DNA of 64,000 nucleotides from Macrostomum hystrix (taxonomy: Eukaryota > Animalia > Platyhelminthes). Every line of letters begins with the position of its first letter. Within the stretch, counting starts at the first letter, position 1. A program made the position numbers and the translations under genes. The stretch is from the NCBI GenBank assembly GCA_950097015.1, contig CATNEN010000007.1, forward strand, positions 186,001-250,000. The letters are read 5' to 3'. Under the pieces are notes generated by a model. That model was not told where the DNA came from. It did not search any database and saw only the letters and a program-made list of their open reading frames with translations. Below, piece by piece: positions 28,880-40,600 of the stretch.

Positions 28880-31800
28880 GAGAGCAGTTCATTGGCAGCC
28901 GGACTTCCCTGTGGTGTTGTCTGCGGCGTGGCGGACGTGTGAGTGATGATTGGCGGCATTAGCTCGCCAGCGCAATCCAGGTAGAGAACGTGCGGGAGCT
29001 GCTGCTTTTGCGGCTTCTGTTGTTTCTTGAGTGTCTTGCTACTAGCGGCTATCGATTTTAACAAAAAGTTTTTAGAAAATAGCTTTTCCTATAAAAAATT
29101 CTCAAAAACAATGAAAACTTGTGTCTTACTCCTCGAGTAATCAAAATTGATGTATGATCACCCTTGCTTGTTAAATTATTTACATTATATGTCTTCCTTA
29201 TCGGATTAGCCTGTTGAATTCTGAATGGATACGTTGCTTTCTTGTATTTGTTGTACATGTTTTTCTTCATTTGTTTGTTTGTTTATTTCTTCGTTTGTTT
29301 GTTTGCTTGTTTACTTCATTATTGTTTTTGCTCTCTTAGACCTCAGTTCGTAAATTATCCTCAAGTCAAAATAGATTTTCAGTATAGTACGAGCGTATAA
29401 TATATATTTCAAATTCATATCATATTTATTTTATTGCTTAAACTAACGAAAAGTTGTTAGTGCTCTGGCCCTTCTAATCTGTCTCTCCACATTCTAGCAA
29501 TGCTAGCGGTTTACCATCGGAGCTGTCGCAGCAGCTGCCGCCGTCTCGGCTGCATTCTTCGTCGTTATCTCGCCAATCAGCGAAGTCCTTCTGCTGGGAG
29601 CTCTTGGGCGAGCCGCCCTTCTGGGATTGGAAAATGGGCGATTGTCGCATTGTATGTGGGTGGTAGTATTATCATTCGTTTAAATAACAGATTTTAACAA
29701 ATCTCTCGGATTCTAACAAATCTTTGATTTTAACAAATATCATATTTAACAAATCTGATGTTAACGAATCTCTGATTTAAAAAATTTCTGATTTTAACAA
29801 ATCTCCGATTTTAACAAATATCCTATTTAACAAATCTCAGATCTTTATCAAATCGCAGATTTTAACAAATCTCTCGGATTCTAACAAATCTCAGATTTTA
29901 GCAAATCTCAGATTTTAACAAGTCTCTGATTTTAACAAATCTCTGATTTTGAAAAATCTCTGATTTTGAAAAATCTCGGATTTTATCATATCTCAGACAT
30001 TTATAAAATCTCATAACTTTATCAAATCTCAGATCTTTATCAAATCTCAGATCTTTATCGAATCTCAGATTTTATCATATCTCAGGTTTAAATAAGTCTA
30101 AGATTTTAACTAATTTAACAGCATATAATTTTAGAAATTGTTTGAATATCCAATATAAGAATTTAAGCAAAGCTGCAAATGTCAAACTTAAACAAAGATT
30201 TTGAAGATTTTTAATTTATCGAAAACTGCAATACTGTTCAAGGTGCATAAATGAACTTTTTCCGTGCTTTATAGATTTCCAACTAGTGTGTCTACCTTAG
30301 CATTGTGCATTATCTTCATGTTAGTGCAGCTACTAATAGCAATCGATTGCGAGAAACTCTAGATTAGTTTGCAGAGCATGTGCGGTCTAGACAATAGGCT
30401 AGCTTTGCAGTGGGTCAGTGGAGCTACAGTTGGACTGACACATTCCGGCTAAATTTCGCTAAAAAGGATTCGCTCAATATAAAAAGTGGCACTCGATCGA
30501 TAAAACCTGAATGATATTACTAAGAGTAGAACAGAAGCTAAATGCGAAGCAATTTTGAAAATGATTAGTCTATGTTTACGAAGTACATATAGTTAACAAG
30601 TACTATGAAACGCACAGGAACAAAATATGTCAACAAATTTTAATAGGACAAAACGAAAAAGTGAAGGCAAAATCGATAAACATGACAGGAATTTGGTAAC
30701 CTCTACAGTGGTTGGTGACGGGTTTTGGTTTAAATGTACAGTAATTATGTGACTGCTATGTATTTTTACTACGGGTTTGGTGGATATCAGTTTAAAAGTT
30801 TGGTCGACTTTAATAATTTCGTATTCAATACTACTAAATTATTATAATTCTTATATTATTTTAGCAATCATCCAGGACTATGCTTGGTTGTCAAGCGAGG
30901 TTTAACGCTGACGTTTTAGTCTACGAGTGTCACGGTAAAAAATCAGCCTGGTGTTTATCTAGCAAGCGAAACAAAACTGGAAAATTGTTATCATAGCGAG
31001 ATAGTTTGGCGATTAATAAAGGCAAATTTATCCCGACTCGAGTTTACCTGTTGCAAGCGGTACTTTTCCATAATATAGTACTTCCTCTGCGATGAGGTTG
31101 GCGCGGGCATTGTTTCGTACTTTGTTAGCAGTTCGCGAGTCTTAGAAAAATAGACCCTTTTTTATAAAAGTTGCATCATTCTCGCATGACCTTCAATTGT
31201 CACTTCTAAAACAGATTCCTTCACAAACTTCTAACTCGACCAAGGAGCATTCAAAGTGGTGAATTTCCACCGATTTTAGTCTTAAAAAAAAGACAAAAAA
31301 TCTAATATTTTGACAAATTTGGTGAAACAGAAATTAAAATTAACCGATAATTTTGATCTGGCATTCCGTTTATGACGTCATAGAGAAAAAGCAATTTATT
31401 ATCTAAATGGTATACACGGAAAAGATTTTTTCATTCAGTCCGTCCTCACTACTACGAGTAGTTAAACTAGAACTACGAGTGTTAATAGTTATTTACGAAA
31501 CAGAAAATCAATCTATAAGCTATTTGTATAAGCTAAAAGCTTCAATAACAATTCAATTGTAAGGATGTTTTTATTTATGGAAATAACTAACTTCAGACTC
31601 ACCTCGCTCGAGAAGCCCTCAACCAGGATGGCAACTAGCAGGTTGAACAGGACATAATTGCCGAACGTCATCAGGGCGATGAAGTACAGGGCTGCCCAGG
31701 AGGATGTCCTGGCCATGCCGTTGTACAGTACAATGTTCCAATCCTCCTGGGTTAGGACCTGTACATTTTCAATTAGATTTCAATGGATTTAAAGCAACTT

Positions 31801-34570
31801 GTGCGAACGAATATTCGAACTCCCGACCTCTAGTGGTTTCGAGCTCTAAGCTCCAATAACTAGGCTACAACACAGCTTTCCCAACAGCATTATAGACCTG
31901 AAACACGGTGACCAGCGACCACATGATCGTGTCGAAGTTGGCCCTGTCGCAGGTGCAGTCGCTGTTGCTGTCCGCTCGCTCGGTGCAGCTGCAAGTGCTG
32001 CCATCGGCGTGCCAGCAGAACTTGCCGCCGAACAGGGTCATGCCGAGCACGCTGCGGGATGGATTTCGCATGGCTAAAATTTGCCTTCGCTACCCTCGTT
32101 TTCTACTTAGAGTAGTCATATGTGATTCGCGAATATTTAATTGGTATTTAATACCGGAAATAAATTATTTTTGTCTTTAAACTTTCTTTCCATAATACTT
32201 GTCCGATTTTTATATCAGAGATTATAGAATTAACATGAGAACATAGGAAAATTGTAACATAATATTATAGTTATTCTTTATAAATATGTAAGCTGGACAT
32301 TGAATGTGTATTCGATTATTATTTAAAATAAAAAGATTAAAGATGTTTTTAGTTGATACTCAAGATTTCAATAGTGATGAAATATCGTTAGGAAATTTTT
32401 TCTTCATTATTTGCTTTCAAATTCGTTTCAATCGTTTTTTGTTTATAAATTGTTTATAAATAAAGAGTCTGTCTCTATTTTTGTTAAATTCAAATCTAAC
32501 CTTGCTAGTTTTAAACAGTGCGTGACTCAATAAATAAAATTTATTCAAACACTTCAGACTAGTTATTTGGAATTTCGAAATTAATTTTCTAACGAATTTC
32601 ACACAATGACATGATGCTGTCCCGTTTCCGTTTTGATCCTATCCTAAAAAATGCAATTTGTTTATCTTAATTTTAGGATTAAAACAAAAAAATTAAATTC
32701 ACAATTTCAAACTCGCAAACCTAAAAATGAAGATGAATAGCACCAGTAGAGCAAAGAATGTGGCCACATTGTCCATTGTCTTGAGCATCACAAACAGCTG
32801 CTGCCGCAGGGCGGGCAGGAAGCGGACCAGCTTGAGAATCCGCAGCAGGCGGAAAGTCCGCAGCACCGACAGGCCGCTGTTGCCGTCCTGAATCAGCTCG
32901 AAGATGCTGGCCGGAGTCGGAGAGGAGAGGGAAACAGTTGAAAGTACACGCGGTCACGTGGTACTCAACAACTACTCAAATAGAGGTTTGAGAACATTTA
33001 AGAACATAAAAAAACACAAAAAAATAAAACAAATCTAGTTTGGCAAGTGGCAAAGCAGCAGCCATTGCTCTGTCTAACAGGTCATTGCTCTGTCTAACAG
33101 GTCATTGCTCTGTCTAACAGGTCATTGCTCTGTCTAACAGGTCATTGCTCTGTCTAACAGGTCATTGCTCTGTCTAACAGGTCATTGCTCTGTCTAACAG
33201 TTCATTGCTCTGTCTAACAGTTCATTGCTCTGTCTAACAGGTCATTGCTCTGTCTAACAGGTCATTGCTCTGTCTAACAGGTCATTGCTCTGTCTAACAG
33301 GTCATTGCTCTGTCTAACAGGTCATTGCTCTGTCTAACAGGTCATTGCTCTGTCTAACAGGCCACTCATCTGTCTAACAGGCCACTCATCTGTCTAACAG
33401 GTCATTGCTCTGTCTAACAGTTCATTGCTCTATCTAACAGGTCATTGCTCTGTCTAACAGGTCATTGCTCTGTCTAACAGTTCATTGCTCTGTCTAACAG
33501 GTCATTGCTCTGTCTAACAGGCCACTCATCTGTCTAACAGGCCACTCATCTGTCTAACAGGTCATTGCTCTGTCTAACAGTTCATTGCTCTGTCTAACAG
33601 GTCATTGCTCTGTCTAACAGGTCATTGCTCTGTCTAACAGGTCATTGCTCTGTCTAACAGGTCATTGCTCTGTCTAACAGGTCATTGCTCTGTCTAACAG
33701 GTCATTGCTCTGTCTAACAGGTCATTGCTCTGTCTAACAGGTCATTGCTCTGTCTAACAGTTCATTGCTCTGTCTAACAGTTCATTGCTCTGTCTAACAG
33801 GTCATTGCTCTGTCTAACAGGTCATTGCTCTGTCTAACAGGTCATTGCTCTGTCTAACAGGTCATTGCTCTGTCTAACAGGTCATTGCTCTGTCTAACAG
33901 GTCATTGCTCTGTCTAACAGGTCATTGCTCTGTCTAACAGGTCATTGCTCTGTCTAACAGGCCACTCATCTGTCTAACAGGTCATTGCTCTGTCTAACAG
34001 GTCATTGCTCTGTCTAACAGGTCATTGCTCTGTCTAACAGTTCATTGCTCTGTCTAACAGGTCATTGCTCTGTCTAACAGGTCATTGCTCTGTCTAACAG
34101 TTCATTGCTCTGTCTAACAGTTCATTGCTCTGTCTAACAGGTCATTGCTCTGTCTAACAGGTCATTGCTCTGTCTAACAGGTCATTGCTCTGTCTAACAG
34201 TTCATTGCTCTGTCTAACAGTTCATTGCTCTGTCTAACAGGTCATTGCTCTGTCTAACAGGTCATTGCTCTGTCTAACAGGTCATTGCTCTGTCTAACAG
34301 GTCATTGCTCTGTCTAACAGGTCATTGCTCTGTCTAACAGGTCATTGCTCTGTCTAACAGGTCATTGCTCTGTCTAACAGGTCATTGCTCTGTCTAACAG
34401 GCCACTCATCTGTCTAACAGGCCACTCATCTGTCTAACAGGTCATTTATCTGTCTAACACTGTAACATCGGGGATATGACTCAGATGATCAGAAGTGTTC
34501 TTTGCAGATTCCAACTCAGTACATTGAAGGTCAATGTCAAGAGAAAACTTTCTCAATAAGTATCATCAAT

Positions 34571-34607
<37 letters not shown>

Positions 34608-37600
34608 ATAAGTATTGTTAAAACACATAATCTATCTGCTGAGCCCACAACTGCAGTCGACGCCTCACTCCTACAATGGGCCAGTTGAAATCACCTAAGT
34701 ATGACAATGCTGGCGTCGAACACGTTGAAGCCGCTGCTGATGTAGTTCACCAGGCCTTCGCCAACCAGTTTGAGCAGCATCTCAAGGACGAACACGATGC
34801 AGAAAACCAGGTTGCTGTACTCAATGAACTCAGTGAGCTGCGGCGGCTGTGGGTTGAAAATAGTGATGATAGATTTATTGGCTGTGGTTTGAAATCAGTG
34901 ATGATAGATTTATTGACTGTGGGTTGAAATCAGTGATGATAGATTAATTGACTGTGGGTTGAAATCAGTGATGATAGATTTATTGACTGTGGGTTGAAAT
35001 CAGTGATGATAGATTTATTGGTTGTGGGTTGAAATCAGTGATGATAGATTTATTGGCTGTGGGTTGAAATCAGTGATGATAGATTAATTGACTGTGGGTT
35101 GAAATCAGTGAGGATAGATTTATTGGCTGTGGGTTGAAATCAGTGATGATAGATTAATTGGCTGTGGGTTGAAATCAGTGATGATAGATTAATTGGCTGT
35201 GGGTTGAAATCAGTGATGATAGATTAATTGGTTGTGGTTTGAAATCAGTGATGATAGATTTATTGACTGTGGGTTGAAATCAGTGATGATAGATTTATTG
35301 GTTGTGGGTTGAAATCAGTGATGATAGATTAATTGGCTGTGGGTTGAAATCAGTGATGATAGATTTATTGACTGTGGGTTGAAATCAGTGATGATAGATT
35401 AATTGGCTGTGGGTTGAAATCAGTGATGATAGATTAATTGGCTGTGGGTTGAAATCAGTGATGATAGATTAATTGGCTGTGGGTTGAAATCAGTGATGAT
35501 AGATTAATTGGCTGTGGGTTGAAATCAGTGATGATAGATTAATTGGCTGTGGGTTGAAATCAGTGATGATAGATTAATTGGCTGTGGGTTGAAATCAGTG
35601 ATGATAGATTAATTGGCTGTGGGTTGAAATCAGTGATGATAGATTAATTGGCGGTGGGTTGAAATCAGTGATGATAGATTAATTGGCTGTGGGTTGAAAT
35701 CAGTGATGATAGATTAATTGACTGTGGGTTGAAATCAGTGATGGCACACTTGTTGAAACTGGACCCGCTGCCAGCGAGGAGGCAATTCTGCCCATACCGC
35801 TGACTCCTGAGCACACACTCACACAGGTTGTACATCTGCCCGACACTCATTTATACAGTTTCACAAACCCCTTGAAGGTCGGGGGTTCGATTACCGACTT
35901 CATTGGAAAAATTTGTGTTTAGCAAAAAACGTAACTCTGCACTGCTTCAGTTAATTTAGGGTGGGTGTGGCGTCCCCCCAGTCCATGGACTGAACAGCTG
36001 TACGCAGCCTTCAGATGCGCCGTGCAATAGCTGCGGCTGTGCTGTCGGCTGCACATCCAGCCCGATTGGGGCACGGGGTAGTTAATTATTAATCAACTAC
36101 TTTTACTCGCAGATAGAACAATATGAGAGTTTCATTTTTGTTTCCCGCATTGATTTTAGTCGCACCTGATCGTGATACTCGATGCCCATGCTGAAGGTGT
36201 TGATGAGGATGGCCACCAGAATGCCGCGCTGAAAGAATCGATGAACCACCAGGCGCTGAACGGACCTGCGCATCTTGCGGAACACTTCCAAGAGTGCTAG
36301 ACGAGAACAGGTGAGATAGAGGATGCGCTAGTCAAGCCAGATTACCAATCAATAGGCAGATAAATCAAGAAATTAATTAATCAATTTATTTATCAATCAG
36401 TCCTATGAATGAAAGAATGAATAAATTCAATGAATCAACGAAGCCAATCAGCTGACTATTCAAGTCAATCAATCAATTAATCAATCAATCAAGTCAATCA
36501 ATGAATTAATCAAGTCAATCAGTCAATCAATCAAGTCAATCAATGAATTAATCAAGTCAATCAATCAATCAATCAATCAATCAAGTCAATCAATGAATTA
36601 ATCAAGTCAATCAGTCAATCAATCAAGTCAATCAATAAATTATTCAATTCAATCAATCAATCGATCAAGTCAATCAATGAATTAATCAAGTCAATCAATG
36701 AATTAATCAAGTCAATCAATGAATTAATCAAGTCAATCAATGAATTAATCAAGTCAATCAATGAATCAATCAAGTCAATCAATGAATCAATCAAGTCAAT
36801 CAATCAATCAATCAATCAGTCAAGTCAATCAATCAACCAATAATCAAGTCAATTGATTAAGTCAATCAATTAAGCAACCAATCTATCCAATTAACCAATT
36901 AAATCAATTAAATCAATCCATCAAGCACTCACCATTTTCATCTGCAAAACTGTCAATCAAGTAAGATAAGCGGACAGGCAGGCGATCATCCAATCAATCA
37001 ACAAACTAACCAATGCAACATTCAATTAATGGATCAATTCCAGAGTATCATTCTCTCACCTGCCAGGTCGCAGCACGCCAGCGCAGAGCCGCAGCCCGCT
37101 GCCGACTGACCGCCAGCCGGACTGCTCGACCTTGGCCAGTAGCCTTCCATCGGCTGCTCGTCTGCTGAATTGAGAACAGAAATTGTGCCTCTCTGTGCTT
37201 GAAGGAGGAGCTGATGCACCCCAAACAATTCCTGAAGTGAAACTCATCGTCAAGCAGTCCCTGAAGTCCCGCTTATCCACACAAACAATCCCTGAAGTCC
37301 CGCTAATCCTCAAATCAGTCCCTGAAGTCCCGCTTATCCTCAAATCAGTCCCTGAAGTCCCACTAATCCTCAAATCAGTCTTTGAAATCCCGCTAATCCT
37401 CAAATCAGTCCCTGAAGTCCCACTAATCCTCAAATCAGTCCCTGAAGTCCCACTAATCCTCAAATCAGTCCCTGAAGTCCCACTAATCCTCAAATCAGTC
37501 TTTGAAATCCCGCTAATCCTCAAATCGGTCCCTGAAGTCCCACTAATCCTCAAATCAGTCTTTGAAATCCCGCTAATCCTCAAATCAGTCCCTGAAGTCC

Positions 37601-40600
37601 CACTAATCCTCAAATCAGTCCCTGAAGTCCCACTAATCCTCAAATCAGTCTTTGAAATCCCGCTAATCCTCAAATCGGTCCCTGAAGTCCCACTAATCCT
37701 CAAATCAGTCTTTGAAATCCTGCTAATCCTCAAATCAATCTCTTAAATCCCGCTAATCCTCAAATCAGTCCCTGAAGTCCTCATCTCCCAAAACCTCTCA
37801 AAGTTTTTCAGTCCTACTTGTCGGCTCAACCACCAGCCAAATTGAAAATGAGCAGCTGATTAACTTGCGAATAGGAGAAGAAAATAGCACTCGCCTCTTT
37901 TAAAAGCAAATGAGCAGTTTAATATTTCATAAATCCCTACGTTTGACAGTCAACAAGAATAACAAAAGCATTTGTCGCGCGGACACACACAAGTGGTTTG
38001 AAAGCTTCTGAGAGTCTTAGAAAAATCAATCAAGCTCTTTTAGCCCTGCTCTCGCCTGAACGGTTTCAAAGGAAGAGAATTATAAGCAGAGAATGCCGGG
38101 GAGTTCTCGCAACTTGAGAAGCTTCCGCGGGAAACCTATCTGGAGTCTGCCTGAGCATAGTTGAGCAACAGAAACGAGGGGAAAATTGAGTGAGCATAAA
38201 GGTGAGAACGCGGCAAGGAGTGTGAGTAGGCGGTTGGCAGGGCTCATCTGTAAATCGATCCCCAGGCTGCTCTACTTGGCATTTGGCAGATTCCGCGGAT
38301 TCTTCCCCCGCAACCATCGGTAGCCCCGGCATCTTCATGGGAGAGGGGGAGGTGAGGAAGGGGGAGGATGGAGACGGAAGCCCGGGGGTGAGGATGAGGT
38401 GTTGAGCTGTCCCATGAAATATTCACTAGTTTCTGCAGGCTGGGCCAAGGCCAGGGAAGATAGAGAGTGGGACAAATTGCCTGCCCGATGGGAGATCCGA
38501 AAGGCTGAAATTGTGACAACAGCCAGACTGACAGCCAAGATGGAATTGGATTTGGAAGGCGGGTCTGTCAGCGATGATTGACTTGCGCAGCCTGGCAGGC
38601 TCATGCCTGTCCCAGGGGACTCGGTTTGTTACGTCCGGACTGGTCTCAGCTTCTGTCACCCCTGAGCTGCTCACGCGCTGCTCACGCCGTTCAGCAGGTT
38701 TCTACTAAAATAAGCGAGCGTGCGAGATTGGGTCCCCAGTGTCTTAAAAATATCGCTGTTTAAAGATTAGCATTTATAATATCCAAATCTCTGTATTCAC
38801 CACTCTAAACAACCCACTACACTAGACAACCCACCCTATACAACCTATTAACCTAGACAACCCATCACCCTAGACAACCCATCACCCTAGACAACTCATC
38901 ACCCTAGACAACCCATCACCCTAGACAACCCATCATCCTAGACAACCCATCACCCTAGACAACCCATCACCCTAGACAACCCATTACCCTAGACAACCCA
39001 CCACCCTAGACAACCCATCACCCTAGACAACCCATTGCCCTAGACAACCTACCACCCTAGACAACCCACCACCCTAGACAACCCATCACCCTAGACAACC
39101 CATTACCATAGACAACCCACCACCCTAGACAACCCATCACCCTAGACAACCCATTACCCTAGACAACCCACCACCCTAGACAACCCACCACCCTAGACAA
39201 CCCATCACCGTAGACAAACCATCACCCTAGACAACCCATTAGCCTAGACAACCCAGCACCCTAAACAACCCACCACCCTAGACAACCCACTACCCAGACA
39301 ACTGACCGCCAAAAACGCATTACCATAGACAAACCTTACCCCAACACAACCCACCGAATTTCCCGCCTGCCCTGTGGACGGCAGTCGAGAAGAGGTCACC
39401 CTCCGTGTATCCGCGAGCGATCGACCAAGCCGCAATCGAGCTGTTCCAAGACGACCTCCTGCTGCCCAATCCGCCGCTGACGCCAACTCCGCTTGGGCCG
39501 TCGCCAAGACTCGTTGGCGTCGCTAGCAGCAGGCAGAGGTTGACGGAGCCGCGGCCGCTAAGGCCGCTCCCACCGGAGCTGGCGCCGCCGAAGCCGCGAC
39601 CCAGGAGGCGCGGTGAATTCTGCAAATCGACGTCGGACAACTCCGGAGTCGCCATCGGTGGCGGGGCCAGCGAGGCTGTTCCGCTTCCCGGCTGCGCTCG
39701 TTGAAACGGCAGCAGTCCGGCGGCTGCGGACGTCGCAGTCGTCGCCTCAGTGGTCGACGTCGCGCCGAAGAGCTGGCGCCAATGGTGAGCCAGGCGGCGG
39801 GTGCCCCGCTTGCACAGCCGGATGATCATTCGCACAATCTGGCCGTAGCAGCTGCCGGGCTGGCTGCTGCTCACCACGCTGGAGCTGGACTGGTAGCGCT
39901 GCCGCTCCTGCATCATCTTCTCCACTTCGCGCCGTTTTGTCTCGGAGAATTGCGTCGCTATGACAACCAGGCAGAGGTTGATCATGAAGAATGAGCCGAT
40001 CTGGCAGCGATTGAGGGGGGTTCAATTTTGCGAGGCCGCATTCATTTGGTGCAGCAGCCGCAGAGAGAAGGCTTGCGGAGCAATTGTCGTGCAATTGACG
40101 CCCTTGAAGACACAGTGAGAGTGTACACTGCCTGACGATGAGAAAGTCAGAGCAGATGTACACAACAGTGTGAGCGTGTGTGCTCAGGAGTCAGCGGAAT
40201 GGGCAGAATTACCACCTCGCTGGCTGCGGGTCTAGTGTCACCAAATGATGTGCTATTTTTCTCTTCCATTTCTGATCAAGAGGTCGGAAGTTCGCATCAT
40301 GGCCCAAGTAAATAATGCGGTATCCTCACACAAAGCCCTTAATTCCCCATTGATTCAGTTCGTTCAGCTGCAAAATCTCTCAGGTGTGTACATTGCCTAC
40401 ATTCTGATTGTCAACCAGCGTGTACTTGAAGTACACTCTCTCTGTGCCTTGGGTCTGGCGGGTCCCCGGTCCATGGACTGAGCAGCTGTTAGATGAACTG
40501 CCTGTCTGTTCTCATCAGCGCTTTTTAGCGCCATTATTGACAGAAAAATCCTTCATTTTTTTCAAAGCTTTCTCGGTTTATTCCAAACAAGTCTTCAAAA

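Noticed and set aside
33062-34460. CRISPR-like appearance of regular repeats (also 43048-43620, 52675-53970, 58650-59837)
   Set aside because: Head-to-tail units with no unique spacers, no cas genes, eukaryotic intron context.
37056-37733. ORF with [10 protein letters not shown] repeats that seems to extend the Cav3 I-II linker
   Set aside because: The real exon 8 (37164-37060) uses a different frame (phase 1 to 1); the 30-bp array lies upstream of its acceptor.
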